Shown piece after piece: positions 37,141-50,570 of a stretch of 64,000 bases of DNA. Source of the DNA: Dicyema japonicum (taxonomy: Eukaryota; Animalia; Dicyemida); the NCBI GenBank assembly GCA_011109175.1, contig RDEW01000013.1, forward strand, positions 597,221-661,220, in the 5' to 3' direction. The translations under genes were made by a program, and so were the position numbers. The notes beneath the pieces are model-generated. The model had not been told where the DNA came from, searched no databases, and saw only the letters and a program-made list of their open reading frames with translations. Numbering within the stretch: the stretch's first letter is position 1; each line of letters starts with the position of its first letter.

Positions 37141-38859
37141 AGATATCGACAGTCCCAGGGATGTAGTTTTTGCTGAGGATAAGGTTGATGTCCTTCAGTG
37201 CTATGTCTCTATGTTTTGTTCTGAGATATGTATGCAAAAGGTACCTTTTGTCGGTCATGAGTACACGGTTGGCTTCATTTAGTCTGAGACTGAAATCGTC
37301 TGAGAGTGGATCGTCGTATTCGAGCTGAACTTGGAGATCATGTGCCATGCACATGTATCATAAAATTTTGAATTTGTAGTAATTATATAACAAATCTTAT
37401 TATTTTTTTATTAACATCAATATCTTTAATAATTAATTTTTAAATATTAATTACAATAAAGGCATTGGATATGAAAAATTGCTTTCACAATAAAATTGCA
37501 ATAAAATAGAATTATCCTAATTAGCTAAAACTGTAGGGAATGTGCTAAAATCTGATGGTGATTCTTCTGCAATTCTGTGGAAACGCTTAATTTGATATAA
37601 TGCTGTATCTTAAACAACTAATTCATCCGAGGAAGGAATTCATGGGAGAACATCTGTTTGTGTTAACCAAATTCATTTTCTAATAATCCATTACAGGCTT
37701 CCCTTCCGAAGAGAGGTGGAGAACTAGGTTCGTCCTCTTCTATTTTCATCACACGGTCGCGACTCACTTCATTTTTAGCCAGAAGAGTCTACATAATGGT
37801 TGGTCAAGGAGACAAATTAACAAGGCCTGATAATTGATTCCCACGCATTGCCTATTGATTTACCATTTTATCGACTTAAATTTATTTTTGGAAACTAATT
37901 TTCTGTATTGGGATAACTCCTAACACTAAGATTATATGTTTGCACAACAATGAAAAGACATTGTTTGCACTTTAACCAATCAAAAAGTGACAACCACAAA
38001 TATGACTGATGAGATTGTAGATGTCGCTCATTTCTACAGCACAAGAATCGAGATAGCTGAAACTTCCAACAACGATAAGTCTATTACCTGAAGCGGAAAA
38101 AATTGATTGTCAACAAGATAGTTGAAATTTCTTTAAATGCTATAAAGTTTCGTTATTCGTAGGTGAAGAGTGGATAAATGTATCTTTCCACGGATAACTG
38201 CCTTGTATGTCAAGAAATGAGAATCCAACACTAGTGGAGAATAATTCCGAATATATTATATAGTTAAAGGATTTTGACGTAATTTAGTTAAAATCCATAA
38301 AAAATACGTTTGCTATATTGTGAGTAGCCATTGTTGTCTACGGTGACCGAATTATTAAGCAGTCGCAAATACGAGATTCCCATTGAAAACTAAAATAATT
38401 GTAATATCTCCAAATAAGGCTGATGGTTTTACAGGTCCTCGGAATGGACATTGTCTGCTACAGGGTTTCTCAACCTTTTTTACATATGAAACCAGTTGGC
38501 TATTGATGCTATATAAGTCGATTCATCAAATTGGAGACTTATAGGGCATGGACGTGATTTAAAGCAGCCCGCAAAGTGGATGCTGGTATTCTTCCGTGCA
38601 ACGGTGGTTTGCAACGTGGAAAGCAGGGATTACAGATCCTACAAATCCAGGATTAATACGCTTCACTGTCTGAGACAAGAAATCACTAGATATATCTTAA
38701 ATTCTTAAAGATATTGTATCATTCGAGAGAGCAACCTCTTAAAATTTAGATGCGAAATCACTCCAAGAAGAATTTCTTCCATAGCGAAAACGGAGTTATA
38801 AATAATTTTATTCCTTTGAATAAACCTTCTAACTTTTGTATTTAAATTTTTATGTGTAA

Positions 38860-39598
38860 AGGTTTAATTTTTATTGTTCTAATTGCATTAGCACAAAGAG
38901 TTGTAGTAATCCTCACTTTTGATTGCTTTATGCCCTTTCTTTAGATTATTTTTTCTGTAGCAGAAAGATTGAAAAGAGTTCAGTTTTATCCATGTTTAGG
39001 AATACATCAGAATCGACTTCTTTGAACTAATAAATTATATTTTTTCTACTCAAATTAATTTCATTTGTGCTAAGCTGTTAGATTCTTGAAGAACTTTTAG
39101 TTTAAGACTTAATCTTCCTGTAAATTTGAGTAGCCAGCTTTTGCTAAATTCAAGATCATTGATTCCAAGTTTTTCACCGAATACCTTATAATTTAAAATG
39201 CTGATACCTTCAGTAATAAAACCATTGATTGCATCCATCCTTGAAATCCATTCAACAAGTTAATGATGTTTATTGTCTTACATTGTTAATCGTAGCTCCA
39301 GGTTTTCCCATTTTTCACGGTTTTAAAGAATTTCTGAAAATGTCGAGCCATTTTTGATGTATTTTTTATTTTTCAAATCTTTCTTTTCTTTTTCTAACCA
39401 CGTGGGACTATAAGATTTAAATTTTGAATGTAAATTAATTTAAATGTACAATAAAAACAAAATAAATTAATCCGAAATTTTTAATAAATGTCTTTCGGAT
39501 TGCGGATTAAGTTTCGGATTATTTGAAGTCTGTTTGTAAAATTTTACGACTCGTCAAAAAATTCTGATTATCGAAGTTCGGATTAATGGGGTTTACTG
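38860..39598 (-). mobile_element. pogo/Tigger 5' half (TIR, HTH and start of DDE_1)
   Basis: TA|CAGTAAACCCCATTAATCCG; EKLGINDLEFSKSWLLKF; KQSKVRITTTLCANA. Confidence 0.8.
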
Positions 39599-40021
39599 TA
39601 TAGTTTATTGATTTTTAATTTAAAATTCACGGTGACCCCCACCCCGTTGAAAAACAATGGTGCACGGGAATGTCCACTGTCTGTCGTCAGCTGTGCACAT
39701 AGGGCTTGATATTAATTATTGGTAATATATTTAACCATTTATTCAAAGGTGGTTTGATAAATTTCCATTTTCCACCAAATCGCCAAATAAGTAGACAAAT
39801 TACGGTAAGTCTGCTAATTTAAACACAAATTAAGCATAAACAAAATCTCGTATAGAAATGAGCATTCGTCCAGATAACTTGAATTCCTATGACTCACTGA
39901 CACACAGATGTAACACATTCATGGTAGAATTCAGTCCATTATTGACAGGACAGTACTTCAGTCTGTGGATCAGAAGCTTCGACGTCAATATCTTGTTACA
40001 ATGTGCCTGTAAATAATCCAA

Positions 40022-40426
40022 ATGGGGCAATTCAGCAACTATAATGATGATTTTGGTCTTTTTATCAATTTTGAGTATTCAGCTTATAAATTTCAGTTCC
40101 TGTGGCGTTTTTGGGGGAATGAAATATTCCAAGAGTGTCAACCAGATGACTGTCTGTAAATCGATGACAGTCAAGTCAAAGACCTGAGAATTTCGTGGAA
40201 GATTGACTTCCTTAGCTTCAGAGAAGACGGATGGGTCGAATACATTGACGAGGGGCAGTCTTATATTACCTGGGGACCAATCCCAAAATGGTGGGAAGAT
40301 TTGGAGTTGGAAAACTATATAATAACATCACGAAAGGATGCAAAGTCCTTGAACCCAGTATTTTTTGTATATTCAGACAACAACGTGGAATATACTGGTC
40401 AGGTTTATTTACTCTGTGATGATTAA
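40022..40426 (+). CDS. Unidentified Trp/aromatic-rich reading frame not in the ORF track
   Basis: ATG at 40022, 45 codons, one in-frame TAA (40157), then 88 more open codons in the same frame. Confidence 0.25.
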
Positions 40427-40679
40427 ATTGTTATTTTAAATACGGTACGAGCGTTTATGTCAGGGACATTTTATAATTTATGACTTATATCAATCGAGGG
40501 GGACAAATTTTACAATATTGTACGTAATTAGCAGTCAAAATTATGTGATAAAAAGACGTTGGTCAGTGCAATGTGGGTTATTCCCAAAGGATGAACTCTG
40601 ACCTATCCGATATTTTAGAGATCGCCAAAGAATAGACTAGATTTAAATTATTCAAAGTCTGCGACTAACACGCAAGTAT

Positions 40680-41170
40680 GTAGCGAGTTAGTAAGAGTCC
40701 TAGAGGAACACGAAGGATATAAGTATCTGGGGTTAGCGAAACTCCAAAGTCCATTATAATGCCTGAGCCAAAGCGACAAATTATTAAAGGCATTCGTAAA
40801 AGAGCAGCGTTATTGTGTAAGACGTCTCTAAATGCAAGGAATTTGTTCCAAGCATTAAATGAGTATGCTGTCTCGCTGCTAAACTACTTCATATGTGTTG
40901 TGGAGTTTGAGCCCAGAGTATGATGAGATGGATGTTATGATCCGTGGAGTACTCAGAGCGAACCATGTCCATGTGTTGGCAGCCAATAAAGAGAGACTAT
41001 ATTTACCCCGTGATAAATTCGGCCGTGGACTGTGTGGAGTAGTCCAACTAAGTGAGCGTATCCTAATGCGAATGCACGACACCCTGATAGCTGGGTCAAG
41101 TGTGTCTGCTAGGAAACACGCACTATTAGACCTTTTTTGTCTGCTAAGTATGGTGTTGATGATGGTGGGC
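40680..41170 (+). pseudogene. R4/Dong-like non-LTR RT thumb-region fragment
   Basis: GYKYLG..KTSLNARNLFQALNEYAV..ERLYLPRDKFGRGL. Confidence 0.8.
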
Positions 41171-41949
41171 TAGTAAATGTGAAGGCGTTGATCGAATTAC
41201 AACATAATAATTTGGTGGAGACATGATCTCAAATCTGTCAGAATGGATTGAAATATTTATCGACTCTATGGAGCTTTGGAAATTCTCTAAAACTGTAAAT
41301 CACAATGTTCGCTAAAACTGGTAGATTTTATAGTTAATTGAAATTTTATATTTTCCACTAAAAAATAATATTTATTTTTTTATAAATAAGATAAATTCGC
41401 TGTCGTCGAGCGACGCTGGAATTCTTGAGTAGTCTAAGGAATCGGATTTCTGCATAGACAGAGATCTTCTTGAGTGCTGCTGCCCATTGTAGCGAATCAC
41501 TAGAGACAAGACTTTGTATTACCCTCTGCTGACTGATATTTTATTTTAATTAACAATTGTTTTTAAAAATTGTGTTGTTCAAATATTGAATAAGCGTTTA
41601 GACATATATGATGCTCTTATCCATATATGCTGGCAAACTAAGCCGAGCCATTAATTGCCTAAAAAAACGTAAAGATCCTAAAGTTTTATATACAAGTCTC
41701 TAACGGGACTCATCCTTATAAAACAAGTTATTTGCCCTGTATTAACACTTTCATTGGATATATCATTGTCTCGGTGCTGAGCAGCTTATTAATCTAGATA
41801 TTTACCAAATATCTGAGAGCTGCTTTACTTGTCTATTATATTTGGTTTTTCTTAAATAAGCAGTACCACCCATCAAATCCCTAAACAAGACGGGGTAATG
41901 ACGCCTTAAACAGGAAGAGAAAAACTTTTTTTTTTAATTTTCAACCTTC

Positions 41950-42650
41950 TCATGCAAGAAGAGTTTGGGCCTTTTCCTAACAGTTATGTCTTCAATAAAG
42001 TATCCTTCTTTTGATTGACACTCCAAGATATTTTACGGTAATGGCATCATTTATGTTCCTCAAGGGAGTTACAGTCTAGTGAATAATGGCCGCCATAGAG
42101 GATAACAGGAGTTCCAATTCAGAATTCGACTCTATGAATTCTTTCAGATTTTCAGCCAACGCCAAGGCTTGTTGGACCTTCTTGGATCCCGCCAAGTGGT
42201 ATCCGATTGAGGGACATTTTATACAACGGGAAAATTTGACTTCCTTCCCAGTGACGGATACTAAAATATGCAGATTACCGATTCTGAGGACATCAATTGA
42301 GGAGAGTAACCTGTCCTGTAGTAAACTAGGATAACTTCAAATTGAGCATTTCTTTGGAATAAAGCAATGTCTTACAGTATGAGACGCCCATCTTCGTCAA
42401 TTTTAGTATCGTTAGCCAGCTAGCTTGACATTCTTGGGTAAGTTTCGATGAAATCTTCACTTCGGTGAGTGCCTGTTCGCAAATATAACTCCCAAAGTCG
42501 TCCACGACGATCACCATTATAGATTTCAGAGTCATCACAATGAAATAACCGATTCATGTACATTGGACGACAGTAAAGATCAAAAGCCAATATAATGGAA
42601 TTCGCCAATCTGGAAGAGATCATCTTTTTAGGGATCTTCCGGTAATAAAA
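41950..42650 (-). CDS. GSS: Glutathione synthetase, central part only (5' end cut by Tigger insertion)
   Basis: Spliced LANSIILAFDLY, DEDGRLILNAQFEVILVYYRTGYSP, RCIKCPSIGYHLAGSKKVQQAL; 24-nt intron 42352-42375. Confidence 0.8.
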
Positions 42651-42652
42651 TA

Positions 42653-43500
42653 CAGTACGACCCCGCCCCAGTAAAACCCCGGCCTTGGATCATCTTCTGT
42701 TTTGGGGGCAATTTTTTTAATAAATTATTTTGAATGATTTTTACATTTTTTACATTTTTTTACCAATAGGAAGCCTAAATTTAAAATACAAAACCCCGCT
42801 TATTGGGGCACTTTTTCAATCGATAATATTAAAATTTATTATTTCATTTTTATCTTTATTTAATTATTTAAAAAATATTTTTAAGCATGCCTGCGAAGCT
42901 TAGTCGACACCTGAAACAGAAGATTTCCGATTCTTTAATGAAAGAAAATATGTCAGAAAGAAAAATTTGTCAATTATACAATATTGGAAAGGGAACTATT
43001 TCACGAATTAAAAAAAAATCGGAAAAGGGGTTTCAAAAACACAAATATGCTCTGATGAAATCTCATCTAAGAAGTTCGAATCAGATCATTCTATTCGAAT
43101 TGATCGATTAGCATTCGAAGTCTAAAAATTTGAGAGAGGATGGTAAAATTTGAGAGAGGATGGGGGATGGTATTTCAGTTTCAGTATTTCTCTCTAATCT
43201 ATTGCAAAAAATTGCAGCTAATCTTGACTTTAATAATTTCAAAGCATCAAATTTAAAAAGCACATGAATTATTGTTCAAAGTAATTTCGGGTGAAATGAA
43301 CTTATGTAACTGAAATAAAGTCAAAGATTACTATTCGACACTATTGACGATTAATGTGAGGCAAATAATTGCATTTGTAGGAGAAGCTTGGAGTCGAGTA
43401 ACAACAACAACGATTGTCAATTGTTGGATGAAAATAAACGAACAGAGAACATATGGTCGTGAAATTAATATTAAAAAACATCTGAAATAATTGATAAGCA
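42653..43500 (+). mobile_element. pogo/Tigger-like element, internally deleted
   Basis: TA|CAGTACGACCCC; MSERKICQLYNIGKGTISRIKK (CENP-B HTH); EAWSRVTTTTIVNCW (DDE_1 C-terminus). Confidence 0.75.
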
Positions 43501-44999
43501 TGTTTCAGGCTTAATGGAACTTTAAATAACTGAATTGAAGATAATGGGACTTTGTATAATGAAAATGATGACATTGAAGGGATATGTTTAAAAAATTTAA
43601 TAATCTCCAAACTTCTTTATTCAATACTTGCCCTGAAGGGCTCAAAGAATACTGTGAATTCAGAATAAAAATTTCAAAGATTCTAAGAAATAAGTATAAC
43701 ACTGAATTCAAAATTCAAAATAACTTCCGTCTCCGAAAAGGCTCGGAGACGAGGAGCTTCTTGTGGCTTCCATGGAAAATGGTCGCAACAACGTGGTCAT
43801 CGACTTCAGCGCTTTATTTTTTTGTTTTATAGTGGCATTGCTAAGAATTCTGGGCGGAAAGGAAAAACTTGGATTTATGGAAGTATTTGTTTCTAAAATT
43901 ATAAAGGGCATACATTTGATATTTAACATCATAGCTGCCAGTGAAGGAGGCTCGAATGGAACATAGAACTCCTCACAATTACCACTACCTAGTGGACACT
44001 GTCGACCAGATTATGATTGAAATATTCGACTTTTTGAATGAAAAATCCTCAAAAGAAGTGAATTTTTTCTGTGAAGCATTCCAAGTCACTGGATTCGTCT
44101 ATAACAGAAAGTCGTGAGTTATCTTAGGCAGATCCTAACTTTTTTGGACGCTGTGGAAATGTTAATAGTTGAAGGGCATGGAATTGAATATTTTGATAAT
44201 TTCAACTCCTCCCAGGAAAAGCGACTGGACAAATTCGTAAAAAGAAGATTGTATTGTCTTTACTGGTAGTTGGTGACCGATTTTTATAAATGGATAAATA
44301 TCCACCACAAAATGTCTGATTTTGGCAACAAAGTGCTGTATTTGTAGTGATGTTATGGCTATTCAAACTCATTTGATATTTTTATGAGAGGATAAGAGAC
44401 CTGTTCTGGTGCTCAGAAAGTCCACGATGCGAATTTCTTAATAAGTGAGCTAAGGAGCATGGAATAGGTTCTGGGTTTTTCTGATCTTTGATTTGGAGAC
44501 CATTGGGGAATATATCAACTCCCTTGAATATGGAGCTTCTCCTCACGGGTGGATCGGTGTTGGATTCGAACGGGTCACCCTGTGGACTTCCTTATTGGCG
44601 AATATTTATTAAGAAACCTTTAAAAGACATGAATAGGAACTAAAAGTGAGAAAAATAAAATTGTAAGGATTCGTTGATGAAATTTGAATGTATTTGCCCG
44701 GGACCCCAGTGAACTGAGATAGTATTATCAGCACCTTATAATCTCCATCGTCCGATGCAATCCTCACTGTTGGTGCTCCGATGCAATCCGTCTAAAAAAT
44801 GAACTTTACATTGTTAGACAATATGATGTCTCCGATAAATGAAAACTCTGTTACCAAAAAAAATAAAATCAGATATTTATTTTTTTAGGGTAATTTAACA
44901 TTTACACAGTGATAAATTGCAGAATTACAATTCCAAAAATCACATTAAATTTTTAATTTTTTTATTCAGCAAGAATTTATTTAAGAAAGAAAATAGAGT

Positions 45000-45284
45000 A
45001 ACGGTTATGTGAAAGCTGCCCTGACTGCGTGGCTATTCCTCTCAGGATAGCGAGCGAGATTCGCTCAAATAACCAGCAGCGCTCACGAGGGTCTCCTTTC
45101 GTGTAATTTTTTATTATAAAATAAAAATTCTCTTTTTTTCGTGTTTGTTTCTCGTTCTCTTGTTTTGTTAAATAAAATCTAATATTAAAAAATTGTTATT
45201 AAAATACAAAAAATGTATACAAGTCGATCGCCAGATAATCGCTATATAAAAAGTAGCTCGGAGCGACAAAGGTTGCCACCCCTG
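45000..45284. mobile_element. hAT end with subterminal region; left boundary approximate
   Basis: TIR CAGGGGTGGCAACC on minus strand ending at 45284; flank ACGTAACC fits NNNTANNN. Confidence 0.5.
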
Positions 45285-45398
45285 ACGTAACCATTCAACC
45301 AAAAAACATATTTAGTGACAACTTTACAAATCGACCACTTAGAATCGTTGTTTTTTCGTGTACTTTTAGTTCTCTATCTTTGTGGCTTATTGGCCCTC

Positions 45399-47040
45399 TT
45401 ACTTTACAATCGATTCAAATGTACTCTTTATAACTAATATGCGATCGGTCAAAGTTTGTAGTGCAGTCGCTAACGAACTCTCTTGGTGTCTATATAATTT
45501 AACGGATATTGACAAGAGGAAGCATAAAATAAGAATAGTGAAAAGAACGTAGGTGAATAACTCCATCATTTTAGAGTCGCTTCCGTTTGATCCATGGAGA
45601 CCATGAGCCCAGAATTTCTTGCAAAAGTCTTCCTTAGTATTCCGACCTGAATTTTTGCAGAAATTTACTGGTGACTGAATAACACCCAAGTAGAATTGTC
45701 CACTCTAAAAAGGGTATATATAGACTCAATTTGCCTCATGTTCCCATCAACGAGCTTTTGTACCATATATGTTATAGATTCGGTTCCTTAATCCTCAGTG
45801 TAAGTTATTAACAAATTATCAAGAGATCTCCAAAGTAATATAACGGACAAACTCTGATTCTCACATTCACTTATAAGAAATTTCTGTCTCGATACTGCCA
45901 GCTGATTCAATCTGTCAAAACCAGCTATTTTGTTATCGAAAATAAGCCTTATCCAAAGACTCGATAATCCATAGTTTTCTGCCATGTTTGAACGACCAAA
46001 AAAGTTTTTTTAACTGTTTGAGAAATATGGATATATTGGACCAGAGTTCCTTCCATTAAACCTTCTCTGTAGGGGATAGTGCCTTTACCATATTCCTATT
46101 GATATTAGTAAATGACATTAAACTGACACACGTGTTATTTCTATCTTGATTGGATAAAAAATATCAGCACGTTTTTTATCGTTCAATACAGATGATGTAA
46201 GACATTGAAATGCTAGTTTAAAAAATATGAATTAAAAAATATTTATTAACCGGAAAACATGAGAAAAAAGTGAAACAATGGACCACCTTCGCGAGTATCC
46301 CAGTCCTCTTTATTAGTCCTCTTTTACTTGTATACCTCTTGACGACTAATTTCCAAAGTTTAGGACCATGTCAATAAATTTGAAAAAACGATAACCAAAG
46401 TTCAGGAACGTGTCAAATAAATTTTGAACATTTTCAGACGACTTGGTTTCTCATTGAATAGTTTAATTGATGGGAGTATGTTTTTGCATTCCTTCATATA
46501 CCCAGTCATTACGACATGAGTGGAGTCAAGTGTCCCCAACGATATTTTGGATTGGTCATGTTCAATGAGCCCTTGAGGAATAATGTTCATTGGGTCAATT
46601 CTTCTTTGGGTATGACGGTTAGTCTGACAGTCTTCATAGATCTCCTGCCCATTCGAGAAACTGAACTACTAGAAAGAATCTTCTTTTGTCCATAAAAATA
46701 GCTTCCTTAGAATTATTTTGGGAGACTTATTCTCAATATCCGTAATCTTTTTGTTCTCCGTGCCAAAAATAGTAGGTACATCAAGTTTACGAAAGTTTTA
46801 GAATTCAGGGTTCAAGATGACATGGATTTTGCAGAAGGCACGTGCGGTCTTTGCCGGACACAATTGTTAAGCGTATTCACGGGTCTTATTTGTATTGATT
46901 CCCTTATTGAGTTGAGAGGATGGCTGATGTTAGTGGTCGATCCACATAGAGATATGGGAGAGGTAAATACCCTTCACCTCAAAACTGGGAATAATCTTAA
47001 TATTTCTATCTACTATTCTACTCTTAATAGACATTCTCAT
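45399..47040 (-). CDS. Unidentified multi-exon gene with C-terminal hydrophobic segment
   Basis: Successive minus-strand ORFs 46402-46590, 45788-45985 and 45399-45689 (ELFTYVLFTILILCFLLSISV). Confidence 0.35.
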
Positions 47041-49147
47041 TAAAAAGTCCTTTAAAAAATTACAAAAATCTTAGAGACCATAAACTGATATTTTCAAGTA
47101 ATTCTGTTAAGAGATTAATATTCACTTTATCAAATAAACTTCAACTCCCAACTGCATGTGCTGAAAAATCACGTAAATTTTTCTTTAAAAATCATATTTT
47201 TGAAAGTTCTTTAGTAAGCAACAGAATTTTAGTAGTCATTGAGGTTTAAACTATCAACCAATCAATCAAATCGATGCTGCATTGGGAGAATATTTGTATT
47301 TAGTGACGCTTCCATGGCTTCATTTATGACTGGAGTATCTAGGACAGTATTCCATTATTATTATTAATCCCAGGCTTACCATTGTAAGCCCAGCACAAAC
47401 AGTCACAACTGACTAATCCAGGAAAAAACCAGTATTCCATTCAAACTCACAAAATTTTATTATTTATTTAAAAATAAATTCGCACTAAAAATAAAAGTTT
47501 ATTTTTAATGTTTTATTTTTTTAATTTTAAAATCTAAGGGGTCGTGATGTTTAGGGAACATTATTATCTTTGGTCAAACAGTTGAGCAGATGATGTAACG
47601 TCTAATTAGGTATGTAATCCCAAGTCTACATTTTTGTTGCCTTATGAGACACCCAATACAACAAGGTTTGTTAGAATCATCGAAATCCTTAACCCTAAGA
47701 ACGGACCTTAGAGTAATAAATTTGGACGAGTTTGTCTTCCCTGAGGAACTATAAGTTAATGAATGATTGTTATTAACACAGGAAATTAATTAGGGATCAA
47801 CATGAAGGACGGTTGAAATATCGTGATCCTGTCTTGGAAGGCCTAGACTCTTCACTGAAGTCCCTCTTCAGCTGGTTTAATCCATGGTTAGCTGTATATG
47901 ATGACAGATTACAGAAAGTCTTGCAGAAGGACATACTCCTCCAGTCTTTTTAAGTGTTTTCAGTAGTCCTAGTTCAATTGAAGCGAAATTTAATGAGCAT
48001 TGAGAAAAGAACCACCACTGTGGGTCAGAATGATTGTCCAAAGATTGAGAGTAAAGTCTACTTAAGTTAAATATTAACTCTGAATGTTCTCTTAACGTTT
48101 ATGTTTTTACTGAACAATCTAAGAACCCCAATAGACAACCATTATTAACATAGGCCGAGAAGTCAATGGGCTATGTGAAACACTCTGTTGCACTATTTCC
48201 CAATCTATGTGAAACACAAGAATCTGTTGAATTACCTCTCCATGTGGTGTCACGACCTGATTGTCCTATCTCTACAAGCCATCATCGACCATGAGGCAGA
48301 AAGACTCTGTACATTAAAATGGTCCAAATTTTAAAATTCAATAATAAACGTAAAGAATTTTTCGTGAGTTAAAAATTAAACAGAATTAGTAACTCTCCCG
48401 CAGAATTCTCGTAGACAGTATTTTCGTCATAATCATAAGTATCCTCGTAAATGGAGTTTCTTTAAATATTTAATAAAAATTACGGATCATGTAATTTCTG
48501 TTCTGGTTTCGAGGATACTCTTTTTTCCCTAAAAAATCTGTAGGCCAAATAAATCTCAAGAATCACGATACCGATAATGGCAAAAATGATAACATAATTA
48601 GAATAATCTATTTTAGATGACATGCCTACCAGAGAACCCACTCGAGGGTATTTTTTCGATATCTGGAGTAACTAGTAATTATGAATAAGCTTAGTAGAAT
48701 TAGAGGGATTAAGAAATAAACCTGAATTTAGGAATAAAATGGATTATAGTTCTCTAAATTAATATTATTAAAATACTACCCGCAGTACTTTGGTCAAATG
48801 CCTGGTGATCAACTCCGGGATTTCCGTTATTCTAAATAGTGTTTTATGGTGAAAGTACATTAACTGGAGTTCCGAATCCGATTTCTAATAGTGAACAAAA
48901 CACTACTCAGGTTTATTATGAGGAATAGAACACAGCCTGCAAATACCATTGGATTCTGACTTTTTCAAATACGCTCTGAAATTATTTAAATACCGTTTCA
49001 TCCGCGAATTATAAAATCAGGATGTTGCCATATACGCTACACGAGCTATGTATATCGTTTTTAGTATATTATGAATTATAGGACATTTTTCAGTGAAGGG
49101 TCTTTTTTTAATTATGTTTTACCTTTCAGAAGTTATAAATTGAATTT

Positions 49148-49385
49148 ATTCTAAAGACCCTGGGTAACCAAACTAAATAACTACTTGATCCTGACTCGTT
49201 CCTGCGTTCATGAACTTGTCTTCAGGTAACGACATTGTCTCCTGAGGAAAGAATAGTTGGATCCTCTTGATTTCGGTCAGGTATTGGGAGTCTCCTCAGT
49301 AAATGGATCCAATGACGACATCGAAAAAGGAAAAATAAATTTTGACCAACTAGCCACTTAGCACCACATGGAGCAACACGCCCAA
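49148..49385 (-). mobile_element. SINE-like family A copy
   Basis: Head GGGCGTGTTGCTCCATGTGGTGCTAAGTGGCTAG; core and tail align with the 18365 copy. Confidence 0.75.
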
Positions 49386-49409
49386 GTTTTTAAAAAATAA
49401 TAATTATAA

Positions 49410-50225
49410 CACCAGAGACCATGGATACAAAAACTAACTCGTCACTTGATCACAGCACGCTCTAGCAGGAACCTTATTTTGGCCCGATGGTCCTCCCTCG
49501 ACCCCACACAAACACGTATTGATCGAATGACTGGATCTTCGCAGTCACGACGGCGCGTTCCATGATTCATTCGTAGTATCAAGGCTTCAGGAGGCATTGG
49601 TGGCTGAAACTCTCCAGAAATCCAGCGTTCCGTGATATTGGAGGCTTTTTTTCGGCTAGCTTCGATCTTCAAGACATTTGTCCAAGAGATGACCCCACAT
49701 ACCACGTGCGTAAGAGATGCATGGTTCAATGTATATAGCTTCATTGTTTGCCTTCAGTTCTACCGTCCATCCCAGTCTTGTCTGAAGTAAATAGGGTTGT
49801 GACGGACTTCTCGCTGCTGGCAGCTAGGCGATTCTTCGATAGTCATTCGTCAAGACGGTCCAGATTTTGCTGCAATCTCGAAGTGGTGATCTGGATTTCC
49901 TGATCGCGTGACGCAATTACGATGTCGTCGGCATAAGTTAGAATAATATCATTTTCGGCGTCTGGTGTGGAGGTCCGCCATGATTAGGTTGAATAAAACT
50001 GGCGACAAAGGGGATCCTTGGGGAACACCATTAGGAAGAAGCCGTGAATAATGCAGACGCGTCCCCTCCGACCACTAAGGAAGTTAGCTAGCCAGAGTTT
50101 AAGCTTTCCAGGATCTTTGGTCAATTGTTCGAGAATCTCCTTGACACCGAATCAAAAGCCTTGTGGTCGTCTATGGAGCAAAGTACAGTCTTCATAGATG
50201 TCATTTTTGGTTTTAAATGCCATAA
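49410..50225 (-). mobile_element. APE-type LINE RT remnant with 3' tail
   Basis: KAFDSV, WLANFLSGR, NGVPQGSPLSPVLFNL, YADDIV; tail TTAGTTTTTGTATCCATGGTCTCTGGT also present at 61981. Confidence 0.8.
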
Positions 50226-50242
50226 TTCGTTTTAGTTGCCAT

Positions 50243-50443
50243 TTATTTTTATTTATTCAACCCCAAGACCACCAGGAAAGATAGGTCAAAACTAACTAAT
50301 TAGGTGATCCCAGCTTCCAGCAACATCCGGACTCTCTTCAATTGGTCTTCTGATGATCCAACCGTTTTATTATTATTATTATTTAAGCCAAATAAACACC
50401 GTCTTAACCAATAACTAATATTCAGGTGATCCCGGCATCCAAC
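50243..50443 (-). mobile_element. Two nested short retro-tail insertions with TSDs
   Basis: Outer TSD CGTTTTAGTTGCCAT (50228-50242, imperfect copy 50444-50460); inner TSD ATCCAACCGTTTT (50356-50368 and 50437-50449); both carry GGGATCACCT..TTAGTT tails. Confidence 0.65.
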
Positions 50444-50570
50444 CGTTTTTAGTTTGCCATAATCACGACGGTTAGAAATATGATTTATTTAAATCATTTT
50501 ATTCAATCATTTAATTATTTCAATATTTAAATCAATATTAAATTAGTTTATTGGTGAAATTCTTTCTGAC

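Noticed and set aside
37995-38065. CTGATGAG...GAAAC as a hammerhead
   Set aside because: The intervening sequence does not form stem II adjacent to GAAA, and no stem I/III partner was found.
44555-44575. GTTCGAATCC B-box on the minus strand as a tRNA
   Set aside because: No A-box or cloverleaf can be built around it.
49255-49305. Hammerhead-like CTGAGGA...GAAA in the SINE A copy
   Set aside because: GAAA occurs in only one of four copies (others GGCA/GTCA), stem II is broken in that copy, and stem I cannot form.
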